Source: a virus
Direction: 5' to 3' (one strand)
IMG/VR virus record: IMGVR_UViG_3300020057_001232
Location: 54,062 to 118,061 of that record
DNA length: 64,000 nt
The notes under the pieces are model-generated. The model did not search any database, was not told where the DNA came from, and worked only from the letters and a program-made list of their open reading frames with translations. Positions 48,456 through 57,537 of the stretch are shown one piece after another. The position numbers and the translations under genes are program-made. The number at the start of each line of letters is the position of its first letter. The stretch's first letter is position 1.

Positions 48456-48473
48456 CTTTAAAGAAAGAAAAGT

Positions 48474-48716
48474 ATGCAATTCAAACACTACTGTGAAGCT
48501 CCCCATAGACCGCTAGATGCGCTCGCGCCTAGCATCTTTCTTGCTGGTGGCATAACGGGTTGCCCTCAGTGGCAATCCACAGTCACAAATAAGTTGCTGT
48601 CTGAGGATGCTAGCGGAGGCGTGCTCTACAATCCTCGTCGTGCTGATTTTCCAATGAGTGACCCTACAGCAGCTCAAGCTCAGTTCGACGGTTTTCGTCT
48701 TCCCAAGATTAACTGA
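48474..48716 (+). pseudogene. 3'-truncated nucleoside 2-deoxyribosyltransferase-like gene
   Basis: SIFLAGGITGCPQWQ...LYNPRR.DF then ends at 80 aa. Confidence 0.6.
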
Positions 48717-48730
48717 AAAATGGGGTTATC

Positions 48731-49636
48731 TTGAGGTTTGTAAATAAAATTCATGCGGCTCTATCTCGCGTCCTTTACCATAAAACAAATGAAACTAATG
48801 CGATTAAAATTCTAAAAGACCGTAAATTTAGACTCTCCACCTGGTTAGGTGGGTCGGGTGTAGATAAAGGGTCTGAGAAGCTTTGGTTTTTATCTACTTC
48901 TACACGTCCCGGAGCCTTCAAGAAGGGTAGTTCTGGAGTAGTTTTTGTTTTAGATGGAAGCAGTATTAATAAAGACTATGAGGGCGATCCATTTGACTAC
49001 TGGGGGGAGGCTTACCATAAAGCCTCTGGTGGTGACACGGATGAAGCAGAGGAGAGAGTTTACTCAGATAAGCCGCTTATACCTATTCACTATATAACTG
49101 AGATACATGCGGACTGGTATATCGGTAATAAAGGTTATGAAGCTCATGCTTATAAAAGACACCGAGACCTTACCTTACTTGCTAAAAAACTAAATATTCC
49201 AATTTACTGGTACGAGAGCCATAAAAGTTTAGACTCCCTAAATAAACAAGAAGCTAAGAAGTTTTCGGACTTCCCCAAGGGACCAGAACTAGAACCTGAA
49301 GAAAGAGACTACCAAACTGGAAGGTCTAACCGTGAGGGTAGCGTTTCCAAGTATTTCTATGAGAAATGGAAAGCACTACTAAGCATCGAACCCGCTAAGT
49401 CTAAAAAAGACCTACCGTTTAAGAACATGTATCAATACCTCTCTAGCTATAGTGACGGTCATACCGGGTTTAAATCCGATATCCACAATGCCTCTAAAGG
49501 TGGAGAAGCTGGTGAGCTGAAATACATATATAAATTACAAAAACAAATGGAACGTGTGGGAGCTAAAGACTTCAAAGAGTTCTACTGGAAGATGATAGAT
49601 AAACTATATAACAATCTTTTAAAAGAACCTGGTTGA
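48731..49636 (+). CDS. putative virion protein with ADP-ribosyltransferase-like motifs
   Basis: LYHKT, FLSTS, EAEE; leader MRFVNKIHAA; visibly more AT-rich than neighbours. Confidence 0.55.
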   Translation: MRFVNKIHAALSRVLYHKTNETNAIKILKDRKFRLSTWLGGSGVDKGSEKLWFLSTSTRPGAFKKGSSGVVFVLDGSSINKDYEGDPFDYWGEAYHKASGGDTDEAEERVYSDKPLIPIHYITEIHADWYIGNKGYEAHAYKRHRDLTLLAKKLNIPIYWYESHKSLDSLNKQEAKKFSDFPKGPELEPEERDYQTGRSNREGSVSKYFYEKWKALLSIEPAKSKKDLPFKNMYQYLSSYSDGHTGFKSDIHNASKGGEAGELKYIYKLQKQMERVGAKDFKEFYWKMIDKLYNNLLKEPG

Positions 49637-49671
49637 TTCTATTATGAAGTTGTAGGTCGGGTGACTGCCCG

Positions 49672-50358
49672 TCACGCCTGCGTTGTAGGCATAAGCCAAA
49701 GCTTGTTGCCGTAGAAGAGAGCGTCACTGACTGCTGGAAACATAGCTAAGTAGCGCAGAGTCGTAATCGTACTGTGAGCAAAGCAACGCTTTAGCTCTTC
49801 TCTCTTGCGCTCTACGCTCACGCTCTCCTCAAGCTTTCTGACGATGTGCATGTTGTTGATGGCATCTTTCAACTCTTTGTCCATCTGGAAGTCCTTCGTG
49901 ATAGCAAACCTAATTGCACGCAAAACGCGCAAGGCATCTTCGTTCAGACGGTCATACGCAGAGCCTACAGCGCGTAGCGTGAGCATTCGAACGTCTTCAA
50001 GCCCGTTGTGGGGGTCAATCAAGTTGCCGTCAGCGTCTTCTGCCATAGCATTGACGGTGAAATCCCTACGACGAAGGTCGTCATAGAGAGTACCAGGCTC
50101 TACGGTGTCAGGGCGTCTGCCGTCTGTATAGTTGCTTTCTTTGCGGCAAAGTACGTAGTCGGCAGCATCGCCATCGTGAAGCTTTGCGCGCACCGTCAAA
50201 AATTGCGGTGAGGTCAAGAAGATTTTGCCACGCTCTGCGATCCAAGCGACCATAGCCTCAAAGGACGGCGCTTCTACGGCGTAGTCAAGGTCTTTCGGTT
50301 CAATGCCTAAAAGTCTGTCACGGACGCTGCCTCCGACGAGATAAGCTTGGATCGTCAT
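49672..50358 (-). CDS. cca: class II tRNA nucleotidyltransferase (CCA-adding/poly(A) polymerase family), short form
   Basis: VGGSVRD..DLDY, RRDFTVNAMA, EDALRVLRAIRF. Confidence 0.88.
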   Translation of the reverse strand: MTIQAYLVGGSVRDRLLGIEPKDLDYAVEAPSFEAMVAWIAERGKIFLTSPQFLTVRAKLHDGDAADYVLCRKESNYTDGRRPDTVEPGTLYDDLRRRDFTVNAMAEDADGNLIDPHNGLEDVRMLTLRAVGSAYDRLNEDALRVLRAIRFAITKDFQMDKELKDAINNMHIVRKLEESVSVERKREELKRCFAHSTITTLRYLAMFPAVSDALFYGNKLWLMPTTQA

Positions 50359-50474
50359 AAATGCCCTCACAAAAGTTAGCAACGACTACCTTCGCATGAA
50401 TTTTTTGCGGGAAGAAGCGTGGAGTTGCTTGACGCTCACATTTCCTTGTACACTGATCTCAGTCAATCCTTTGA

Positions 50475-50551
50475 GGGTCTGTAGCTCAATTGGCTAGAGC
50501 GCCGCGTTTACATCGCGGAGGTTGTGAGATCGTGCCTCACCGGACCTACCA
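50475..50551 (+). tRNA. tRNA-Val(TAC)
   Basis: GGGTCTG/CGGACCT, CCGCG-TTTACAT-CGCGG, atypical T-loop ATCGTGC, ACCA end. Confidence 0.88.
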
Positions 50552-50589
50552 TTTCCCCGACAAATCTGAAAAACCGCTGGAGACGACGC

Positions 50590-51291
50590 ATGGATCGTGA
50601 AGTTCGAGTCCGCTATTGGCAGAAGGGAAAGCCTAAAGACGAGTTGTGCGGCATACTCGAAGACCTAAAGAAGGGCGACGTTTTCTATCTCGAAGACGGC
50701 GGAAACTCCGACAACCTTCTCATCGCCTTAATGGACGCCGATGTCAAAGAGACATCAGTCCATGTCCCCTGCGAGGATTACAAGAATATTTTCGAGAAGC
50801 TTTTCGGTGAGCGGGAAACCGACTCCGAAGGCTACATGAAGTTTAGCCGCTGCGAAGTAGAACTTTTCAAGCACGGCTTTGAAATAAGTTACAGTGCGAA
50901 AGGTTTCGGCTTCGGAAGTCTTACGTTTGCCTTCCGTGAAGGTGAAGGTGAAGAGAAGACGCTTCGCACCGATACCGAATGCACAGGACTCAAAACCCTT
51001 ACGGCACTCTTCCGGGCAGCAGCTCCAGCTCTTGCACAGCTCGCTTTAGAGCGAGATCCATACTACCGTAGCTCCCACGGACTCGGGACTTTAGCTGAAG
51101 ATGATGCCGTGCGCTTAGCGGCTGCGCTTGCAGCCCATGACAAGATGATGGCTGAGATGGATGAGCAAGTCGCTGAGCACCAAGCTCAAGCGGCGAGCTT
51201 GATACCGGAGTCGGTCTCTTCTACGTCGGCTTCCGCAGGATCTTCAGGGTCAGGCTCGTCTGAACCCCAAAGCGAAACGCCCCCTACTTGA
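50590..51291 (+). CDS. hypothetical protein
   Basis: GGAG RBS before ATG 50590. Confidence 0.6.
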   Translation: MDREVRVRYWQKGKPKDELCGILEDLKKGDVFYLEDGGNSDNLLIALMDADVKETSVHVPCEDYKNIFEKLFGERETDSEGYMKFSRCEVELFKHGFEISYSAKGFGFGSLTFAFREGEGEEKTLRTDTECTGLKTLTALFRAAAPALAQLALERDPYYRSSHGLGTLAEDDAVRLAAALAAHDKMMAEMDEQVAEHQAQAASLIPESVSSTSASAGSSGSGSSEPQSETPPT

Positions 51292-51335
51292 CATCCTCCC
51301 CACGGCTAAAGCCGGGGGTTTTACGCTGGGTCTTG
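51288..51335 (-). mobile_element. 48-bp IS200/IS605-type mini-element (variant)
   Basis: TTGACATCCTCCCCACGGCTAAAGCCGGGGGTTTTACGCTGGGTCTTG|ATAA; 4 differences from the other copies. Confidence 0.85.
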
Positions 51336-51402
51336 ATAAAAACGTCAAAGAGTTTTTAGACTATCTCATGAAGTTAAGCGACCAAGACAACTAAACAGCC
51401 TG

Positions 51403-51945
51403 TCATATCCCCGCAAACCTCTCTTCAATGTCGCTGTTACGCATCATCGGCGAGAACATCGGAAATGAAGCGCGGTTGACAATATCGAGACTGAACGGGT
51501 AGACGCCTGCAAGACTCTGCCAAAGCCGTCCACGAGCATCCCACTTAGCTTTCGTAATAAACGCTGGCTTATCGGCTTCGACGTAATGGAAGTCTTCTAA
51601 GTCTTCTCTCTTGTCTAGATAGGAGAAGACCGGCTTGATAAGTTCGCTCGCCACCGGCACGAGGTAAACTCGCCCAAGCTTTTCGTAGAAAGCGATTGCA
51701 GTGTCGAGATCCCAAGCGGCATCGTTGTCGAGGTACTTTTGATGGACAAGCGAGAAGGTGTCTAAGTAAAGACGGCTCTTCGGCAGCTTGCCTTTGTTCT
51801 CTGGGTTATTGACGATACGGTAAACCACTTCGTCGATGAAAGTGCGAGCTTCTTCCACGCCTTCTTTTTGAACGGAGCGGAGGGTTTCAAAGACATTGAA
51901 ACCCCTCTTAATTACATAAGCCTTAGAACGGTCAAGAGTTGGCAT
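51403..51945 (-). CDS. hypothetical protein
   Basis: Operonic with nrd genes. Confidence 0.65.
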   Translation of the reverse strand: MPTLDRSKAYVIKRGFNVFETLRSVQKEGVEEARTFIDEVVYRIVNNPENKGKLPKSRLYLDTFSLVHQKYLDNDAAWDLDTAIAFYEKLGRVYLVPVASELIKPVFSYLDKREDLEDFHYVEADKPAFITKAKWDARGRLWQSLAGVYPFSLDIVNRASFPMFSPMMRNSDIEERFAGI

Positions 51946-52273
51946 ATTTCTTCCGAGCAAAAGTAAAAGTTAAAATTAATTTGATGCCCCGTTCAACTTT
52001 GGACATCCCGTGTTCCGACGTATCAACTTTGATAAGCTGCATGAACCTATTTCCAAAGACTGGTCTTCCCAAGAAGTGACCGCCCTCGGACGGGTTCCAC
52101 AAGAAAAAGTGCAGCTTCCAGATGTCATAAACCGCATCTGAATCCCGGTGTAGCTCTATGACGCTTCCCGGTAAACACTTCATAAATTCAAGACCAAAGC
52201 TGTGGTGTTTTATCACCACGGCTTTGAAGTACCCATGACCAGCTTTTCCAGAAATCCAATTCATGACAACCAT
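51932..52273 (-). CDS. hypothetical protein (possible 2OG-Fe(II) oxygenase-like)
   Basis: LHRD ... GG.F ... EH pattern. Confidence 0.45.
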   Translation of the reverse strand: MVVMNWISGKAGHGYFKAVVIKHHSFGLEFMKCLPGSVIELHRDSDAVYDIWKLHFFLWNPSEGGHFLGRPVFGNRFMQLIKVDTSEHGMSKVERGIKLILTFTFARKKYANS

Positions 52274-52289
52274 CTTCGCCTTTTTCTGG

Positions 52290-53216
52290 TTAAAACTCTA
52301 CGTCAAACCGCATAGCGTTGTCTTTGACCTTTGCATATGCTGTTGAACGTCTTTCAAAGAAATTCGCTTTACCTTCAAGATCAATCAAGTTCATAAAGTC
52401 AAAGGGGTTCTTCGTTTCGAACAGTGGAGGTGAGTTAAAGGCATAAAGCACCCTGTCCGCCGTGTATTTGATATAGTCTTCCATCAGATCTGCGTTCATC
52501 CCAATCAGCTTCACAGGCAATGCTTCCCGAATGAACTCCACTTCGATACCAACCGCTTCGTCCATGATCTTGTGCATCTCTTCTTTAGAGAGCGATAAGA
52601 ACATGTTTTTGTAGACTTTAGGAGCAAATTGCCAGTGCAGACCTTCGTCACGAGCGATGAGGGTGTTGGCTTCCGCTAAGCCGTGCATAAGACCACGTTT
52701 GCGTAGCCAAAAGATCGAACAGAATGCACCGCTGAAAAAGAGACCTTCAACGACAGCAAAGGCAAAGAGTCGGTGGGCAAAGCTTTTGTCGCTGTTGAGC
52801 CACTTCAGAGCCCACTCTGCCTTTTTGGCGATGGTGGGGTAGTTGGCGATGGCGTCGAAGAGCAGATCTTTCTCTTTGTCGTCTTGGACGTAGGTGTCGA
52901 TTAGAAGGGCATAGACTTCGGCATGGACGGTCTCAATAAACATTTGTGCGGAGTAGAAGGCACGGGCTTCGGGGATCTCACAGTCGATGTAAAAGCGTGC
53001 TGCGAGGTTCTCGTTTACGATGCCGTCTGACTGAGCGAAAAACGCTAAGATGCGTTTGATATAGAACCTCTCGCCGTCGTTGAGCTTGTTACGCCAGTCG
53101 TCTAAATCGACGGTGAGGTCTAGCTCTTCGGCGGTCCAAAAGGCGTGCTCCTGAAGCTTGTATGACTCCCACAGCTCGGGATACTTCACGGGGAGCAGTG
53201 CGTACTTATTACTCAT
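52290..53216 (-). CDS. nrdB: ribonucleotide reductase class Ia beta subunit
   Basis: FWTAEE, FFAQSDGIVNENL, EGLFFSG, RDEGLH, NFFERR. Confidence 0.97.
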   Translation of the reverse strand: MSNKYALLPVKYPELWESYKLQEHAFWTAEELDLTVDLDDWRNKLNDGERFYIKRILAFFAQSDGIVNENLAARFYIDCEIPEARAFYSAQMFIETVHAEVYALLIDTYVQDDKEKDLLFDAIANYPTIAKKAEWALKWLNSDKSFAHRLFAFAVVEGLFFSGAFCSIFWLRKRGLMHGLAEANTLIARDEGLHWQFAPKVYKNMFLSLSKEEMHKIMDEAVGIEVEFIREALPVKLIGMNADLMEDYIKYTADRVLYAFNSPPLFETKNPFDFMNLIDLEGKANFFERRSTAYAKVKDNAMRFDVEF

Positions 53217-53229
53217 TCTAGAATCCTTT

Positions 53230-55524
53230 TCATGCCGAACAGGCGACACAATCTTCTGGGTTATCTAAGGAACATGCCACTTCTTCGACCGGCGTCATTT
53301 CGATTTGCTTCGTAGTGACCTTCTGAGCCTGCATCGACGGCTTCGAGCGGAGGTAGTACATCATCGTCTTCAAGCCTTTGGAATGGCTATAGGCGTGCAT
53401 GGATGCGACCTGAGCTACCGTAGGATTAGCAAGGAAAAGGTTCATCGACTGCGACTGGTCAATGAACGCACCACGATCCGCCGCCATGTCGATGACGGTC
53501 TTCTGCGAAATCTCCCACACGGTTTTATAGATCTCTCTCACTTCGATAGGAATCTCGGGGATGACTTGGACGCTGCCACCACCCGAAATGATCTTATCAC
53601 GCATACTAGAGTTCCATAGACCTAGCTCCATCAATTTCTTTACGAGGTGCTTATTGACGACGATGTACTCACCAGAGAGCGTCTCACGCTTGTAGATGTT
53701 TGAGGTCTGAGCTTCAAACGCTTCGATGTTGTCGAAGATTTGAGCAGTGGACGCCGTAGGCATAGGTGCGACTAGAAGCGAGTTACGCAAACCGTGCTTC
53801 TTAATTTTCTCTTTCAGACCTGCCCAATCGTACTCAGCACTAGGCTCAACGTCCCACATGTCGAACTGCAAAATGCCTTCTGACGCAGGCGACCCTTTGA
53901 AAGTTGAGTAAGCGCCGTCTTTTTCAGCAATCTCACACGACGCCTCAAGTGCTGCGAAGTAAAGCGCCTCAAAGATGTCTCGGTTGAGCTTGCGAGCTTC
54001 CGGCGATTCAAACGGCATGTCTAACATGAAGAAGACATCTGCTAGACCTTGCACGCCGATACCAATCGGACGGTGTTTGTTGTTGGAGTTAGAAGTCTTC
54101 TTGTTGGGGTAGAAGTTTTTGTCGATGACCCTATTTAGAAACTTAACTGTGGTCTTTACCACCTTCTTCAAACCTTCGAAGTCAAATGTTCCATTAACTA
54201 CATGCTTAGGTAGACACTGTGAAGCGAGGGTGCAAACCGCAGTCTCGTCGTCGTTACTGACCTCAACAATCTCCGTACAAAGGTTTGAACTTTCGATGAT
54301 GCCGATGTTTTTCTGATTGGACTTCTTATTGATGGAGTCTTTGTTGAGCATGTAAGGCACACCGGTTTCAATCTGCGCTTGGACGATCTGCGAGAAAAGG
54401 TCTCTAGCTAAGACTTGTTTCTTGTAGCGGCTTTCCGCTTCGTACTTGCAATACAGCTCTTCAAACTCTTTGCCGTAGACTTTGTTGAGTCCTGGGCATT
54501 CGTGCGGACACATCAAAGACCACACACCGTCGTTTTTGACTCTTTCCATGAAGAGGTCAGAAACCCACAAAGCTAAAAAGAGGTCACGGCAGCGGATCTT
54601 GTCTTCGCCTGTGTTGTATTTCAATTTGATGAAGTCTTCGATGTCGGCGTGCCACGTCTCTAAGTAGACCGCCACTGATCCCTTGCGCTTGCCACCTTGG
54701 TTGACGTAGCGAGCGGTCTCGTTCCACAGACGGAGCATGGGGACTAAGCCCTCGGAGTGACCGTTGGTGCCTGCTATGCGGCTTCCTCTTGCACGAATGT
54801 TATGGACGTGGATGCCAATGCCTCCGGCGTACTTACTGATCTGAGCGGTCTCCCAAAGTGAGCTGTAGATACCCTCAAGGCTGTCGTCACTGCGGATAGC
54901 CAAAAGGTAGCAGGAGGCAAGCTGAGGACGGATCGTACCCGCATTGAAAAGCGTCGGCGTGGCGTGGGTGTATTTCCCCGTAGAGATCAAGTCGTAGAGT
55001 TCAAGCACGTCTTCGATGCTGTCGCCACCGAGCGCAAGAGCCACCCGCATCCAAAGATGCTGCGGACGCTCAACGATCTTACTATTGGCTTTCAGGAGGT
55101 AGCTGCGCTCCAAAGTCTTGAAGCCGAAGTAGGTAAAGTCAAAGTCCCGCTCGTACTTGATGTGCTTCTCGATGTCTTTACCGTGATGCTTCAAGATCTT
55201 GATGAAGTCATTTCCGATTACGCCAGCTTTGCTAAGATCCTTCATCGACTGATAAAAGTTCTTGGTGTTCTTGTGGAGGTTGGACACCGCAATGCGGGAA
55301 GCAAGCCGAGAATAGTCAGGGTGCTCCGTCGTAAGCATAGCGGCGGTCTCGGCGAGAAGCGTGTCGATCTCCGACGAAGTGATCTTATCGTAAAGACCTG
55401 ACACGACTTTTTGGGCAATGACTGCTGAGTCTACGGCGAGGTCTTTGGCGACCGCACGGACTCGAAACAGAACTTTGTCAAATTGAACATCTTCGAGAGC
55501 GCCTGAACGCTTCACGACTTGCAT
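53230..55524 (-). CDS. nrdA: ribonucleotide reductase class Ia alpha subunit with ATP cone
   Basis: ATPTLFNAG, SNLCTEI, APMPTASTAQ, C-terminal CxxCSA. Confidence 0.97.
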   Translation of the reverse strand: MQVVKRSGALEDVQFDKVLFRVRAVAKDLAVDSAVIAQKVVSGLYDKITSSEIDTLLAETAAMLTTEHPDYSRLASRIAVSNLHKNTKNFYQSMKDLSKAGVIGNDFIKILKHHGKDIEKHIKYERDFDFTYFGFKTLERSYLLKANSKIVERPQHLWMRVALALGGDSIEDVLELYDLISTGKYTHATPTLFNAGTIRPQLASCYLLAIRSDDSLEGIYSSLWETAQISKYAGGIGIHVHNIRARGSRIAGTNGHSEGLVPMLRLWNETARYVNQGGKRKGSVAVYLETWHADIEDFIKLKYNTGEDKIRCRDLFLALWVSDLFMERVKNDGVWSLMCPHECPGLNKVYGKEFEELYCKYEAESRYKKQVLARDLFSQIVQAQIETGVPYMLNKDSINKKSNQKNIGIIESSNLCTEIVEVSNDDETAVCTLASQCLPKHVVNGTFDFEGLKKVVKTTVKFLNRVIDKNFYPNKKTSNSNNKHRPIGIGVQGLADVFFMLDMPFESPEARKLNRDIFEALYFAALEASCEIAEKDGAYSTFKGSPASEGILQFDMWDVEPSAEYDWAGLKEKIKKHGLRNSLLVAPMPTASTAQIFDNIEAFEAQTSNIYKRETLSGEYIVVNKHLVKKLMELGLWNSSMRDKIISGGGSVQVIPEIPIEVREIYKTVWEISQKTVIDMAADRGAFIDQSQSMNLFLANPTVAQVASMHAYSHSKGLKTMMYYLRSKPSMQAQKVTTKQIEMTPVEEVACSLDNPEDCVACSA

Positions 55525-55832
55525 ATAGACTCCTTAGCTGCCTGCTGCTGGTGTTTTAGTGATAGTAACTGAAAACTTTAGGGCAATCACCGATGGTTCT
55601 CAAGCAGAAGTTAAAAACAAATGACCAGAAGAATACTGGACCACAGAATCTATGAAATCAGAGGTGGAAGCGGCAGTACGGGGTCGGCGATAGCCATTGA
55701 TTTTATTGATCTTTTTGCTTATTGAAAAAGAACGGTTCTGTAACAAATACAACTTGCCTACCCACGTCTACTGTGGTAGTTGGAGGGCACAAACTGTGTG
55801 TTTTCAATTATTTTAAGAAGGCTACAAATCAG

Positions 55833-56378
55833 ATGTACAACTACCTAAACGAGCGGAATATCAAGTCGATCAAGAAGAAGTTGATGAAGGGCATGTCTCT
55901 GACAGAGGTTGCCGAAGACTATGAAACTTCGGTAAGCAACATCGGTCACATAGTCAGCGGCAAGAGCTGGGCAGACATCGTTGTTCCGGGCTTCAAGCAG
56001 TGGCAAAAGAAGAGAGCGACGTTAAAGCTAAAGCGTCGGGAAGCTAGACTTGAAGTAAAGAAGCCCCGCAAGGCAGCCGTTAAGACGGCTAAACGTAAGA
56101 AGAAAGTCGTTGCCCGCAAGGTCAAAGAGGTCGAAGTCAAAGCTCCCGTGGTGAAAAAGACCCCGCTTCTAAAGAAGATGAAGGCGAAGACCAAGAAGAA
56201 GGTCGTAGAGTTCCTTCCTAAGGGAGCGGAAGCCCTGCCCGACGTTCTTCAAGAGCTTCAAGCCGCAACACCTTTAGAGAACTTGGTGATCCGCCTCCGT
56301 AAGAAGACCAAAAAGAAGGCTGACGTTCCACAACTCGAAGCAGCTTCAACCGAAGAAGACACCGACTCGGTTGGCTAA
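55833..56378 (+). CDS. HTH DNA-binding protein with Lys-rich histone-H1-like region
   Basis: 'SLTEVAEDYETSVSNIGHIVSGKSW' followed by K/R/A/V-rich tail. Confidence 0.65.
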   Translation: MYNYLNERNIKSIKKKLMKGMSLTEVAEDYETSVSNIGHIVSGKSWADIVVPGFKQWQKKRATLKLKRREARLEVKKPRKAAVKTAKRKKKVVARKVKEVEVKAPVVKKTPLLKKMKAKTKKKVVEFLPKGAEALPDVLQELQAATPLENLVIRLRKKTKKKADVPQLEAASTEEDTDSVG

Positions 56379-56390
56379 AACAATTACTAG

Positions 56391-56420
56391 AAACCCCGAA
56401 ATCGTTCTCGGGGTTTTTGT
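56391..56420 (+). terminator. intrinsic terminator
   Basis: AAACCCCGA..TCGGGGTTT-TT. Confidence 0.7.
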
Positions 56421-56440
56421 CTTTTCACAGGATTATGTAG

Positions 56441-56743
56441 ATGTCTTTTCACCACCGAACGGTTGCCAAGCAAGAGTTGGAAATCCCCATCTCCCTAACG
56501 ACACGCATCATGCTTTTCATTGGTATGAGGAGAGTCTATCTCGTCTTAGATCCATTCAAATGCACGCACTTCATTGTCTTTAGACCTCAAGACGTAAAAG
56601 ACAACCCTGTCTTAGGCGTGATGTCGTTTCAATGGTCTAAGGGAGCTTTCAATAGAGAGCCCGTAAAAGTCGTCATCGAAGCGGGGCAAGCGATTGTTCC
56701 AAAGCCCGTCCTCAGCTTGGTCCCTAAAACCGTCTCGGAATAA
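56441..56743 (+). CDS. hypothetical protein
   Basis: AGGA RBS, 100 aa. Confidence 0.5.
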   Translation: MSFHHRTVAKQELEIPISLTTRIMLFIGMRRVYLVLDPFKCTHFIVFRPQDVKDNPVLGVMSFQWSKGAFNREPVKVVIEAGQAIVPKPVLSLVPKTVSE

Positions 56744-56924
56744 CTCTACGGAAACGTTCTTTGGTTTCTTTAAGAACGTCTTCCTTAGGCGTAACGACGG
56801 CGTTGCCTGCCCTTAAGGCGTCGAGTTCAGCTCGTGCAATTTCGTACTTACGAGCTTGCTCGACCCTTTCGGCGTCTTCCTTCGCTGTACGGTCTGCTAA
56901 TACTTTGTTCTCGGTGTCTGTCAT
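56724..56924 (-). CDS. hypothetical protein
   Basis: GGAG RBS. Confidence 0.55.
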   Translation of the reverse strand: MTDTENKVLADRTAKEDAERVEQARKYEIARAELDALRAGNAVVTPKEDVLKETKERFRRVIPRRF

Positions 56925-56937
56925 TTCTTCTCCAGGT

Positions 56938-56967
56938 CAAAAAGAAACCCCTCCGTTAAGAGGGGTT
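56938..56967 (-). terminator. intrinsic terminator after RNA #2
   Basis: AACCCCTC/GAGGGGTT stem followed by a U-tract on the minus strand. Confidence 0.8.
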
Positions 56968-56974
56968 AAATTGA

Positions 56975-57112
56975 GAGTTCAAGTAGATCCGGCATTTTTT
57001 GCTTTTGTGCCTGTATTTCAAACGGGTGACTTAACCACTTGTCTACTTTCCCCGAAGAGAAAGGTTGGATTCGAACCAACGGTATGCTTGTAAGCCGAAG
57101 CTGGGGGAACTC
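56975..57112 (-). ncRNA. Y RNA-like structured RNA #2 with circularly permuted tRNA domain (anticodon GAA)
   Basis: GAGTTC-CCCC-AGCTTCGGCT-TACAAGCA; T-arm GTTGG-TTCGAAT-CCAAC; acceptor CTTTCTC-TTCG-GGGAAAG; D-arm; CCCGT-TTGAAAT-ACAGG; then TGCCGGATCT-ACTT-GAACTC. Confidence 0.82.
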
Positions 57113-57414
57113 GTACAAATAAGTGTACACGAGGTCAAAATCAAACACCATACTTTATTCGTCTAGCCCAAATACCGCCGAAGCCACTACAGTTACCAGC
57201 AGTGAAGGTGGCGAAGGCATTGACCGTAGTCGTGTCGGGGTCAGTCGAAGGCAGTGTCACCGTCCTCGTCGTGTTGAAATAGTTGATGTCGTTCGCAGAG
57301 GAAAGAAGCGTGACGTTGGCGTTAGCCAAAAACGCTGACTTAAGGAAATGTCTTTCATTCCCGGTTCAACAAACACGGCTTCGCAATTTCCTGACGGTTA
57401 CACTGGTCTTGGAC

Positions 57415-57462
57415 TTGACATCCTCCCCACGGCTAAAGCAGGGGGTTTTACGCTGAGTTTCG
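57415..57462 (-). mobile_element. 48-bp IS200/IS605-type mini-element
   Basis: Identical to 47674-47721; in frame in small ORF 57348-57494 (+). Confidence 0.85.
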
Positions 57463-57537
57463 ATAAAGATTGCAGTGGAATAGGACTGCTATAAAATCTT
57501 TAGGAAGTGGGGAAGGAGTTAGAAGCAGGAAAAGGGT

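Noticed and set aside
50524-50589. Upstream GTG start of the 50524 ORF
   Set aside because: Overlaps tRNA-Val; ATG 50590 has an RBS.
51162-51393. TGA read-through ORF / alternative genetic code
   Set aside because: A single case; conserved genes (nrdA, cca) end normally at TGA and contain no in-frame stops.
52290-55524. Introns or inteins in nrdA/nrdB
   Set aside because: Both ORFs are continuous and of normal length.
56975-57112. Two-piece (permuted) tmRNA
   Set aside because: It has a real D-stem and anticodon arm, no G3-U70 pair, no CCA and no tag ORF, and it is too short.
57141-57329. 62-aa Thr-rich minus-strand ORF between RNAs #3 and #2
   Set aside because: TTG start without RBS and an upstream in-frame stop; may be a gene remnant but cannot be supported.
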